Source: an uncultured Gammaproteobacteria bacterium
Lineage (GTDB): Bacteria > Patescibacteriota > Microgenomatia > Levybacterales > GWA1-39-11
Assembly (NCBI GenBank): GCA_964640435.1
Contig: CAZXFJ010000003.1
Location: 1-63,415, forward strand
Reading direction: 5' to 3'
Length of the DNA: 63,415 nucleotides
Every line of letters starts with the position of its first letter. Within the stretch, counting starts at the first letter, position 1. The translations under genes were made by a program, and so were the position numbers. Positions 8,200-16,989 of the stretch are shown piece by piece. A model generated the notes under the pieces. The model ran no database searches. It was not told where the DNA came from and worked only from the letters and a program-made list of their open reading frames with translations.

Positions 8200-9122
8200 A
8201 AATAGCACTTACAGGAGCCTCAGGGCTTGTTGGTTCACGTTTCTTTGATCTTCTAAAGAGTAAATACGAAATTATTCCTATTTCATCTTCATTTAAGGTA
8301 GATATCACAGACAAAAGGAGCTTGAATAAATTCCTAAAAGATATGAACCCTGCGTTAATTGTTCATATGGCCGCAAAAACAAATGTTGATCGATGTGAAG
8401 AAGATAAAGAAGCAGATTTAAAAAAGCTTGAGAAAGAAAAAGTTTTTGTAGATGGAAAAATAAATTTTGAAAATCTAGATTCTGAGAATTGGAAAGGGTC
8501 CTCATCTGCCTTTGGAACAAATGTAGTTGGTACAAAAAATCTTGCCGATTATGCAACAAAAAATGGAATAAAAATGATTTATATCTCAACAGATTTTGTA
8601 TTTAATGGGGAAAATAATGAGGGATATTTTGAGGATTCACCTACGGATCCAATCAATTGGTATGGTGAAACAAAGCTTTATGGAGAGAATCTAATTCCTA
8701 GCGACGGGCTTGTGGTAAGAATTTCATATCCTTATGGTTATAAAAATCCAATTAAAAAAGATTTAGTTTGGACACTCGTTGAAGTTCTTGAGAATGTTGA
8801 GACACCTAAGCTAGTGTTTGACCAAATTGTAACCCCTTCATTTATTGATGACGTAGTTAAGGGTTTAGACTTTTTAATTGATAAAAATACCTCAGGTGTA
8901 GTTCATTTATGTGGAAATAACTATTTCTCTCCATATGAAATAGGGGTGGCAATCGCTCGTGAGTTTAATCTAAATGAGGGTAAGATTCAGACTGTAAAAA
9001 GAAGCGAATTGTACAAAGGGCGCGCAAAAAGGCCCTTCAAGATTATGTTAAAAAATGATAAAATAAAAAATCTTGGATTTGAGATAACAGATTTCTTTGA
9101 TGCCTTGAAAAAGATAAGATGA
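8196..9122 (+). CDS. RmlD-like SDR (dTDP-4-keto-6-deoxyhexose reductase-like) with an internal insertion
   Basis: LTGASGLVGS Rossmann motif and a short-chain RmlD-like layout. ATGA overlap with rmlB. An extra segment of about 35 aa follows NVDRCE. Confidence 0.65.
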   Translation: MKIALTGASGLVGSRFFDLLKSKYEIIPISSSFKVDITDKRSLNKFLKDMNPALIVHMAAKTNVDRCEEDKEADLKKLEKEKVFVDGKINFENLDSENWKGSSSAFGTNVVGTKNLADYATKNGIKMIYISTDFVFNGENNEGYFEDSPTDPINWYGETKLYGENLIPSDGLVVRISYPYGYKNPIKKDLVWTLVEVLENVETPKLVFDQIVTPSFIDDVVKGLDFLIDKNTSGVVHLCGNNYFSPYEIGVAIAREFNLNEGKIQTVKRSELYKGRAKRPFKIMLKNDKIKNLGFEITDFFDALKKIR

Positions 9123-10408
9123 AGTTAACTTTTATTGGACACGGATATGTAGGACTTGTTACAGCAGCAGTATTTGCTGATTTTGGAAATACAGTATATG
9201 TAATAGGTCATACTGAAGAAAAAATAGAAAATCTTAAAAAAGGAATCCTACCAATTTACGAACCTGAACTTGAAGAAGTTGTAAAAAGAAACCTAGATGC
9301 GGGTCGATTAATTTTTACACTTGATTACACCCCTGCAATTCCGGATTCTGACGTTGTCTTTATTGCCGTTGGAACCCCCACGACTACAACAGGAGATGCT
9401 GATCTTTCAACAGTTTTAAGCGTGGCTGAAAAAATTGGTAAAAATCTTGAAGGATACACAGTAGTTGCAACTAAGAGTACAGTTCCAACAGGGACAAATA
9501 AAAAGGTTCAGAAGATTCTTCAAGAATCAAAGCCCGAGGGGGCAGAGGTTGAATATGCTTCAGTTCCGGAATTCTTAAGAGAGGGAAGTGCAGTCTCCGA
9601 TACTATGCGTCCCGACAGAATTGTTATAGGAACAGAAGACAAGCGTGCACAAGAAATGCTTATTAAGATTCATGAGCCTATTGATGCCCCCCTTGTCTTA
9701 ACTAATTTTGAAACTGCTGAGCTTATTAAATATGCTGCGAATTCATTTTTAGCTTTAAAAATTTCATATGCAAATGCCATTGCAAAAATATCTGAAATAT
9801 TGGGCGCAGATGCTTTAAAAGTACTCGAAGGAATTGGAATGGATAAAAGAATTGGAAATCAATTCTTACAACCAGGCCCAGGATATGGGGGAAGCTGTTT
9901 TCCAAAAGACGTAAGAGCTTTAATTGCACTTGCAAAAGACAATGATTATGTATTTTCACTTCTTGAGGAGGTAGAAAATGTTAATGCCCAAGCAAGACGT
10001 GACATTGTTAAAAAAGCAAGAAAGATGCTCGCTGAGGTAAGAGGTAAAAAAATTGGAGTGTTGGGACTTGCGTTTAAAGCAAATACAGATGACATGCGGT
10101 ACGCGCCAGCAATTGATATATTAACTCTTCTTCATAATGATGGTGCAGAGATCGTCGGATATGATCCAAAAGCTATGGAAAGTGCTAAAAAAGTACTCCC
10201 AAATATCTCATACGTTAACAATGTTGAGGAAGCTGTAAAAGATGCTGATTTGCTTTTAATTCTTACTGAGTGGAACGAATTTAAAGAATTGGATTTTGAA
10301 AAACTTAAAACGGAAATGAAAGAGTTAAATATCATAGATGCAAGGAATTTGTATAATCCTGAGGATATTAAAGCCCTAGGATTTAATTACGTGGGCGTGG
10401 GTCGTTAA
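9119..10408 (+). CDS. ugd: UDP-glucose 6-dehydrogenase
   Basis: IGHGYVGL NAD motif and catalytic GGSCFPKD. ATGA overlap with the upstream gene. Confidence 0.9.
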   Translation: MKLTFIGHGYVGLVTAAVFADFGNTVYVIGHTEEKIENLKKGILPIYEPELEEVVKRNLDAGRLIFTLDYTPAIPDSDVVFIAVGTPTTTTGDADLSTVLSVAEKIGKNLEGYTVVATKSTVPTGTNKKVQKILQESKPEGAEVEYASVPEFLREGSAVSDTMRPDRIVIGTEDKRAQEMLIKIHEPIDAPLVLTNFETAELIKYAANSFLALKISYANAIAKISEILGADALKVLEGIGMDKRIGNQFLQPGPGYGGSCFPKDVRALIALAKDNDYVFSLLEEVENVNAQARRDIVKKARKMLAEVRGKKIGVLGLAFKANTDDMRYAPAIDILTLLHNDGAEIVGYDPKAMESAKKVLPNISYVNNVEEAVKDADLLLILTEWNEFKELDFEKLKTEMKELNIIDARNLYNPEDIKALGFNYVGVGR

Positions 10409-10416
10409 CCTCTAAA

Positions 10417-11373
10417 ATGAAAAAAGCGCTAATTACAGGGATTACTGGATTTGCTGGAAGTTTTCTTGCAGAAAATCTTGTAAATTCGGGCAATTTTGAA
10501 GTCATAGGAACATATCTCTCCGATAATGGCATATCGAATTTAAATTCAGTTAAAGATCATGTGACTCTTAAAAAGCAAGATCTTCAAGATGTTGAAGGAG
10601 TGAAAGCTCTTATTTCAGAAGTGAGACCAGACTACGTCTTTCATTTAGCGGCTCTTGCTGCAACCGCAGATAGCTATGCAAATCCTGCAAAATTCATAAA
10701 CAATAATATTGATTCTCAGGTAAATTTACTTGAAGGAATAAGACTCGCAGAAATTACTCCAAGAACTTTAATTGTTTCATCTGCTGAGGTTTACGGGGAT
10801 GTTAAAGCGTCTGACTTACCAATTGATGAACAAACCTCTATACGTCCTGTTAATCCTTATGGTGTTTCAAAAGTTGCGCAGGATTTTATGGGTTTGCAAT
10901 ATTATATTTCATACAAAATTCCTGTAATTCGTGTAAGGCCATTTAATCATATTGGTCCAAGACAGGCTCCAAACTTTGCTGTTCCAACATTTGCTAAAAA
11001 GATTGCTGAAATTGAAAAAGGTAAAATGGAACCCGTACTTTTAGTTGGAAATTTAAATGCAAAACGTGACTTTACTGATGTTAGAGATATGGTAGAAGCA
11101 TACGCCCAAATAATTGATAAGGGAACACCTGGTGAAGTTTATAATATTGGTTCAGGTAAGGCTATTCAGATTTCAGATATTTTGGAGAAATTAATGTCAT
11201 TTTCCGATAAGCCGATTCAGGTTGAACCAGATCAGAGTCTTTATAGACCAATTGATGTAGAAGAACTTGTTTGTGATAATTCAAAAATCAGAGAAGCATG
11301 TGGTTGGGAACCTAAAATTTCAATAGACCAAACACTAAAAGAAACACTTGAATACTGGAGAAATCAGGAGTAA
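10417..11373 (+). CDS. NAD-dependent epimerase/dehydratase, GDP-4-keto-6-deoxy-D-mannose reductase (Rmd)-like
   Basis: ITGITGFAGSFL motif, YGVSK (YxxxK), about 320 aa. It is convergent with gmd. The specific activity is inferred. Confidence 0.6.
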   Translation: MKKALITGITGFAGSFLAENLVNSGNFEVIGTYLSDNGISNLNSVKDHVTLKKQDLQDVEGVKALISEVRPDYVFHLAALAATADSYANPAKFINNNIDSQVNLLEGIRLAEITPRTLIVSSAEVYGDVKASDLPIDEQTSIRPVNPYGVSKVAQDFMGLQYYISYKIPVIRVRPFNHIGPRQAPNFAVPTFAKKIAEIEKGKMEPVLLVGNLNAKRDFTDVRDMVEAYAQIIDKGTPGEVYNIGSGKAIQISDILEKLMSFSDKPIQVEPDQSLYRPIDVEELVCDNSKIREACGWEPKISIDQTLKETLEYWRNQE

Positions 11374-11378
11374 TTTAA

Positions 11379-12383
11379 TTATTTAAATCTTTCTAAATCT
11401 GCATCAACCATTAACTTCATAAGATCAGGGAATTTAGTTTTAGGTTCCCATCCGAGCTCTTTTTTAGCCAAAGAATAGTTACCTTTAAGATCTCTTATTT
11501 CTGTTGGCCTTTTAAGTTTATCGTTTGATACAACATGGTCTTCCCAGTTCATTCCAACATGTTCAAATGCAATTCTTGCTGCATCTTCTACGGAATATGA
11601 TGTATTTGTTCCAATAACAAAATCTCTTGGCTTGTCTGCTTGAAGCATTAACCACATTGCCTCGACATACTCTTTAGCATATCCCCAATCGCGGGTTGCA
11701 GATAGATTTCCTAAATGAAGTTTACCTTCGCTGTCGACAAGTGGCTCACCGAGTTCATTAATTGGAGGATTTTTAACACCATTTTTTATACATGCAACAC
11801 CAGCGGAAATTTTTCTTGTTACAAAATGAAGACTTCTTCGTGGAGATTCATGATTAAAAAGAATTCCTCCACATGCGAACATTCCATATGATTCTCTAAA
11901 ACATCGAACCATCATGTGAGCATATGCTTTTGCGATTCCGTAAGGATTATTTGCATCACATGGCATATCCTCTGTTGCTGATTCTGCTTCAATATTTCCA
12001 TAAATTTCTCTTGAAGTCGCTTGGTAGAATCTCGCATCTGGTGCAAAGTGGCGTACTGCTTCCATTACGCGGACTGGTCCCAAAGCTGTTACTTCACCCG
12101 TATAAAATGGTTGAGTCCAGGAGTCATGAGGAACGCTTTGTGCAGCTATGTTATATACCTCTTCTGGTTTTGATTTTCTTACAACATCTGCAATACTTTC
12201 TCCGTCAATTAAATCTGCAGCTTCAATTTTAATTTTTCCATATAGATGCTTGATGTTTTCTTGGTAAAAGTTCGTTGTATGTCTAACTGTTCCTGTTACA
12301 TCGTAGCCTTTTTCAAGAAGGAGATCAGCGAGATATGAACCGTCTTGTGAGGAAACTCCAATAATTAATGCTCTTTTTGCCAT
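11379..12383 (-). CDS. gmd: GDP-mannose 4,6-dehydratase
   Basis: ALIIGVSSQDGSYLADLLLEKGY, YGIAKAYA and FNHESPRR are typical Gmd motifs. Confidence 0.9.
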   Translation of the reverse strand: MAKRALIIGVSSQDGSYLADLLLEKGYDVTGTVRHTTNFYQENIKHLYGKIKIEAADLIDGESIADVVRKSKPEEVYNIAAQSVPHDSWTQPFYTGEVTALGPVRVMEAVRHFAPDARFYQATSREIYGNIEAESATEDMPCDANNPYGIAKAYAHMMVRCFRESYGMFACGGILFNHESPRRSLHFVTRKISAGVACIKNGVKNPPINELGEPLVDSEGKLHLGNLSATRDWGYAKEYVEAMWLMLQADKPRDFVIGTNTSYSVEDAARIAFEHVGMNWEDHVVSNDKLKRPTEIRDLKGNYSLAKKELGWEPKTKFPDLMKLMVDADLERFK

Positions 12384-12472
12384 GAGTAATAGATAATTTC
12401 GATTTATATTACTTTAACACAACAAAATATACGAATCAAGAATCTTTAATCTGTCTTTTCCTGCCCATAATT

Positions 12473-12481
12473 TGTTACAAT
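12473..12481 (+). promoter_or_regulatory. Extended -10 element TGtTACAAT abutting the uxs start
   Basis: TGn plus TACAAT ends at 12481, with ATGs at 12482 and 12488. The predicted TSS falls at about the second ATG. Confidence 0.45.
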
Positions 12482-13441
12482 ATGCTAATGAAAACATATC
12501 TTGTTGCGGGCGGTGCTGGTTTTATAGGCACGAATTTATGTGAGCGTTTGCTTCAGGATGGGCACAAGGTTATCTGCATGGATAATCTAGTAACTGGATC
12601 AGAAAACAATGTAGAACATTTACTTGAAAAGAAGAATTTTGTTTTTGTAAACCATGATGTTGTTAAGCATTTACCTCAAATTCATGAGAAAATAGATGGT
12701 ATTTTTCATCTTGCCTCACCTGCTTCCCCAAACACTCGTAGTAGAAGAAGTTATATGGCTCTACCTATTGAAACATTGATGGTTAATTCAGTTGGTACTA
12801 AAAATCTTCTTGATCTTGCAGTCTCAAAAAATTGTAGATTAGTTTATGCTTCCTCGTCTGAAGTATATGGTGATCCAGCGATTTCGCCACAGAGTGAAGA
12901 TTATTTTGGAAATGTAAGTCCTAATGGTCCACGTTCAGTTTATGATGAGGGAAAAAGATTTGGAGAAGCGATTTGCATGGCATATGTTAGAAAATTTGAT
13001 GCAGATGTTGTAATGATAAGAATATTTAATACTTATGGACCCCGCATGCAGAAAGATGATGGAAGAGTTGTCTCAAATTTTATTAACCAGGCTTTACTCG
13101 GTGATGATATTACGATTTATGGAACCGGTGAGCAGACAAGAAGCTTTTGTTATGTGACAGATTTAGTTGAAGGATGGGTTAAGGCGATGGAAACGCCTGA
13201 GGCCTCTGGTGAAGTCTTAAATCTTGGAAATGATGGGGAATACAATGTAATTGAACTTGCTCAAAAAGTGATTGATATGACTGAATCTTCGTCAAAAATT
13301 ATTCATGAAGATTTGCCAATTGATGATCCACGAAAAAGAAGACCAGATTTATCTCGCGCAGAAAAAATATTAGGTTATTCACCAAAAGTGAGTCTTGATG
13401 AAGGACTAAAAAAAACGATAGAGTATTTTAGAAATAATTAA
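12482..13441 (+). CDS. uxs: UDP-glucuronate decarboxylase (UDP-xylose synthase)
   Basis: GGAGFIGTNL, MDNLVTGS, YDEGKRFGE (YxxxK) and RIFNTYGPRM are UXS-type SDR features. The second ATG at 12488 is the more likely start (see promoter). Confidence 0.85.
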   Translation: MLMKTYLVAGGAGFIGTNLCERLLQDGHKVICMDNLVTGSENNVEHLLEKKNFVFVNHDVVKHLPQIHEKIDGIFHLASPASPNTRSRRSYMALPIETLMVNSVGTKNLLDLAVSKNCRLVYASSSEVYGDPAISPQSEDYFGNVSPNGPRSVYDEGKRFGEAICMAYVRKFDADVVMIRIFNTYGPRMQKDDGRVVSNFINQALLGDDITIYGTGEQTRSFCYVTDLVEGWVKAMETPEASGEVLNLGNDGEYNVIELAQKVIDMTESSSKIIHEDLPIDDPRKRRPDLSRAEKILGYSPKVSLDEGLKKTIEYFRNN

Positions 13442-13442
13442 A

Positions 13443-14576
13443 ATGAAAATTTTTGTTGTCCCAGCTACGTATAACGAAAAAGAAAATATTGGAAAGTTTA
13501 TTGAAGTTTTGGAGGAAGAGGTTTTTCCAAAAATAAAAAACCACCAAATGCATATTCTTGTTGCAGATGATTATTCCCCAGATGGAACGGGAGATGTTGT
13601 AAAAGGGCTCATGAAGAAATATAAAAATCTTGGAATTAATCAAGGGGAGAGAAAAGGTTTAGGTGCGGCATATATTCGGACAATGGATTATGCAATTAAA
13701 AAACTTGGCGCCGATGTTGTTATAAGTATTGATGCAGATTTTCAATTTGATCCACATGATTTACCAAAGTTTATTCAAAAACTTGATGAAGGTTATGATG
13801 TAGTTATTCAAACAAGATACAGTGGTGGTGGCTCAATTCCAGAAAACTGGCCACCACAGCGTAAATTATTCTCAAGGGTTGCAAATCTTTTTGTAAGAAC
13901 TGTATTTATGAGATTTAATGTGCATGATTGGACCGGTGGGTTTCGTGCAATTAAAAAAGAAGTTTTCTTAAAAGAAGAAAAAGAAATGAGGGGTTACAAT
14001 GGGTACATATTCCAAATTGCTTTTTTACACAAAGCAGTGAGAGATGGATATAAAATAGGAGAGGTTCCTCTTCATTTCTCTGACAGAAAACTTGGTAATT
14101 CAAAAATAGCATCTCTAAGCTACATTTTTGATGTTGTAACATTTGTATTGATGACTCGTTTTCGTGAATTAATGTTTGGTAAATTTGGAAAGTTTTTAGT
14201 TGTGGGAGGATTTGGATTTATTCTTAATGCTGTTATATATGAGATGCTTGTAAGATCAACGCATCTGCCAATTGCTGTATGTAATATTATTGCAGCTCAA
14301 TTTGCAATTTTTTCAAATTATAATTTTAACAACTTATGGACATTTAGACATCAAAAAGCAAAATCTCTAGGATCATATTTTGGCAAAATGGTCCAATTTT
14401 TCCTAACATCAAACATTGGTGTTATTTTAATTCAATCCGGCACAATTCAAATTGGAGATATGCTATTTGGTGAGCAACTGTATAGATTATATTTCCTTAT
14501 AGGTACAGGTTTCCTCTTGATTTGGAATTTTACAATTTACTCAAGATTTATCTGGAAAGACAAACCTGCAGAATAA
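13443..14576 (+). CDS. GT2 polyprenyl-phosphate glycosyltransferase (Dpm1/Ppm1-like) fused to a GtrA-like membrane domain
   Basis: PATYNEKENI...VADDYSPDGT...DADFQFDP (DxD) is a GT2 core. The C-terminal 4 TM helices follow a GtrA-like pattern (FLVVGGFGFILNA). Confidence 0.8.
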   Translation: MKIFVVPATYNEKENIGKFIEVLEEEVFPKIKNHQMHILVADDYSPDGTGDVVKGLMKKYKNLGINQGERKGLGAAYIRTMDYAIKKLGADVVISIDADFQFDPHDLPKFIQKLDEGYDVVIQTRYSGGGSIPENWPPQRKLFSRVANLFVRTVFMRFNVHDWTGGFRAIKKEVFLKEEKEMRGYNGYIFQIAFLHKAVRDGYKIGEVPLHFSDRKLGNSKIASLSYIFDVVTFVLMTRFRELMFGKFGKFLVVGGFGFILNAVIYEMLVRSTHLPIAVCNIIAAQFAIFSNYNFNNLWTFRHQKAKSLGSYFGKMVQFFLTSNIGVILIQSGTIQIGDMLFGEQLYRLYFLIGTGFLLIWNFTIYSRFIWKDKPAE

Positions 14577-14582
14577 AGTCTT

Positions 14583-16163
14583 ATGTTTTTAAAACTGAAA
14601 AAATTTGTTTCAAAAAATTATCTATATATATTAATTGGGATAATTGTTTTAATTTCAGCTGTATTTCGCTTTTACAGAATTGAGGACTATTTAACATTTT
14701 TAGGTGACGAAGGCCGTGATGTGTTAGTTGTTCGAGAGATACTGCATGGAAATTTAACATTTCTGGGTCCAAGAGCATCTGCCGCAGACTTTTTTACGGG
14801 ACCTATTTACTACTATATGATGGCTCCATTTTTGCTTGCTGCAAATTACAATCCGGTTGGGCCAGCAATAATGATTGCACTTCTATCCATAGCTACGACG
14901 TTCCTAATTTATTGGTTTGGTCGCAAGTGGATAGGGGATGCAGGAGCTCTAGTTGCTGCAGCACTATATGCAATATCACCGCTTGTTATTACTTATTCAA
15001 GAACTTCATGGAATCCAAATCCAATGCCATTTTTCTCAATGGTAATTTTTTATCTTCTATATATTTGGATTCAAAAACCTACAATCAGAAAGTTTATTTT
15101 TATAGGATTTTTGTATGGTATAGCATTTCAGCTGCATTACATAGAGGTTTTTGTTGGAGTTATTATTACGCTTTTTATTTTAATTGGAAATATTCTCCTA
15201 CATAAAAAGAAATTTATCTTGAATGCTTTAAAAGAGTACGCGTCTTTGTTTGTTGGATTTTTAATTGGAATGGCTCCATTTTTAGCGTTTGAATTAAAAC
15301 ACAGCTTTCCTAACACTAAAACCGTAATAGGATTTATATTCAATGGTGACACCAAAGCACAAGAAGTAATCCACACAACATTTACTCAATCAGTTTATGA
15401 TGTTTATTTTAGATTATTTGGTCGTCTTGTCCTTAATTTTCCTGACTCTGCACATCAACACGCTCTCGACTTATCCAATCCTCAATTGTTGCAAATTTGG
15501 ACAGCAATAGTGGTTCTCACCGCAGTCGTATCGACTCTTGGAATAATATTTATCAAAGATAAGCTAACAAGGCTATTGCTATCGCTTTGGTTGTTTTTTG
15601 GAGTAGTTCTTTTTGGATTCTATCACAAAGCAATCTATGATTATTATTTTGAATTTATGTTCCCGTTGCCTTTTTTGCTCGTTGGAAACCTATTTAATTT
15701 GAGTTGGAAGAAAAATACCCTAACTAAGGGAGTAGCACTTATATTATTTATCATTGTCATTTTGGTTAATTTAACAAGTTCACCTTTTTCAATGCAGCCA
15801 AATAGACAATTTAATCAAGTAAGGGAGATATCAGAATTTGTATTATCCAAGACTAATGGAAAACCGTATAATTTCGCATTATTAACTCTTGGTAACTCTG
15901 ATGATGCATACAGATACATCTTTGAGATAAATGGGCGTCCTCCGACCAAAATTTTGAATCCTGCGGATGATCCTGGCAGAAAGAGTGTGACAGATCAGTT
16001 GCTCGTTGTTTGTGAAGATCCAAATTGTCAGCCAGAAGGTGCATCCCTTTGGGAAGTTGCAGGATTTGGAAGGGCAAAAATTGTTGGACAATGGCCTGTA
16101 TCAGTTTTGAAAGTCTACAAACTTGAGCACTACAATGAATTCGAAAAACCCATAGGTAATTAA
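14583..16163 (+). CDS. GT-C fold membrane glycosyltransferase (ArnT/PMT, GT39-like)
   Basis: Multi-TM N-terminal region with a DEGRD loop motif after TM1, GPIYYYMMAPF, and a soluble C-terminal domain. It directly follows the polyprenyl-P GT2. Confidence 0.7.
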   Translation: MFLKLKKFVSKNYLYILIGIIVLISAVFRFYRIEDYLTFLGDEGRDVLVVREILHGNLTFLGPRASAADFFTGPIYYYMMAPFLLAANYNPVGPAIMIALLSIATTFLIYWFGRKWIGDAGALVAAALYAISPLVITYSRTSWNPNPMPFFSMVIFYLLYIWIQKPTIRKFIFIGFLYGIAFQLHYIEVFVGVIITLFILIGNILLHKKKFILNALKEYASLFVGFLIGMAPFLAFELKHSFPNTKTVIGFIFNGDTKAQEVIHTTFTQSVYDVYFRLFGRLVLNFPDSAHQHALDLSNPQLLQIWTAIVVLTAVVSTLGIIFIKDKLTRLLLSLWLFFGVVLFGFYHKAIYDYYFEFMFPLPFLLVGNLFNLSWKKNTLTKGVALILFIIVILVNLTSSPFSMQPNRQFNQVREISEFVLSKTNGKPYNFALLTLGNSDDAYRYIFEINGRPPTKILNPADDPGRKSVTDQLLVVCEDPNCQPEGASLWEVAGFGRAKIVGQWPVSVLKVYKLEHYNEFEKPIGN

Positions 16164-16191
16164 TCATCCCCACATAATTAAAAAGTTAGCA

Positions 16192-16238
16192 AAAACCCGA
16201 TTAGAAAATCTGTTTAAAGAAAATTCGAATCGGGTTTT
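16192..16238. terminator. Possible bidirectional hairpin between convergent genes
   Basis: AAAACCCGATT (16192-16202) is perfectly complementary to AATCGGGTTTT (16228-16238), with A/T runs on both sides. The 25-nt loop is large. Confidence 0.4.
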
Positions 16239-16268
16239 ATTTCTATTTGCAAATTTGCAAAATGGAAA

Positions 16269-16412
16269 TTATGCAGCTCCAATTTTGAACATTGCTGTTC
16301 CACAAACTGGGCATTTTCCTTTCATTGCAGGTTTACCATTTTTCATAGTAACCTTGGTTGCGTTAGCGTCTTCACGCTTTGCGCGACATTTTACACAATA
16401 CATTGTTGCCAT
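16269..16412 (-). CDS. 47-aa zinc-ribbon protein (DUF5679-like), absent from the ORF track
   Basis: Minus-strand translation is MATMYCVKCRAKREDANATKVTMKNGKPAMKGKCPVCGTAMFKIGAA, with CxxC...CxxC. GGAGGTG lies 10 nt upstream of the ATG. Confidence 0.7.
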   Translation of the reverse strand: MATMYCVKCRAKREDANATKVTMKNGKPAMKGKCPVCGTAMFKIGAA

Positions 16413-16463
16413 ATTTAAAATTCACCTCCTTTGTAAACTTTTGTAAACAAAAGTTTAGGATTC

Positions 16464-16778
16464 TTAAAACACTATTCCGGGAATAGTAATTATTGCGAGT
16501 TTTAAGATGAAATATATAGCAATATTTAATGCAAGAAGTGCGATTGTAATGAAAATGGTTTTTCTAACATCAGCAGCAACATAAGAATAGTCAGTAACTG
16601 TTGCATAACTTGCAGTTGGTTTTATTGAAGAAGTTATATCAACCGGTGCCAGTTGAATTTGTTGATTTGCGAATGTTAATACATTCGCGTAGTCATGTCG
16701 TGTTGAAGCTTGTATTTTCTGCTTCTTTGTTTTCCTTTTTTTGGACATATTCTTAAGTTTTGAACTTAACTCACGCAA
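16464..16778 (-). CDS. Hypothetical protein with a basic N-terminus and a C-terminal TM helix
   Basis: This is the only long ORF in the interval. It has a KKRKTKKQK patch and a terminal hydrophobic helix, with no family recognised. Confidence 0.4.
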   Translation of the reverse strand: MRELSSKLKNMSKKRKTKKQKIQASTRHDYANVLTFANQQIQLAPVDITSSIKPTASYATVTDYSYVAADVRKTIFITIALLALNIAIYFILKLAIITIPGIVF

Positions 16779-16949
16779 TGATTAGAAAAATTATCACATT
16801 CAGAGCGTGCGTGTCAAGAGGTAATCGAGGCTAAAACTATTTAGCATTTTACGTTTGGCCTATAAATACAGCGTAAATGAAAAAATAATATTAGAAGCTC
16901 GATGAGCTTATTTGAGCCTATAATAGGATGATAAATAGTCATAAAAGGG

Positions 16950-16979
16950 TTGACAGTTTCTGCTGCAAGGGTCTAAAAT
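16950..16979 (+). promoter_or_regulatory. Sigma70-like promoter TTGACA-18-TAAAAT
   Basis: TTGACA at 16950-16955 and TAAAAT at 16974-16979. The -10 overlaps the ORF-track ATG at 16978, which favours ATG 16990. Confidence 0.5.
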
Positions 16980-16989
16980 GGTGTACTGT

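Noticed and set aside
16255-16446. 63-aa plus-strand ORF in the ORF track
   Set aside because: It has no SD or promoter context and a hydrophobic, low-information sequence. It is exactly antisense to a well-formed 47-aa zinc-ribbon gene that has a strong SD, so it is treated as a shadow ORF.
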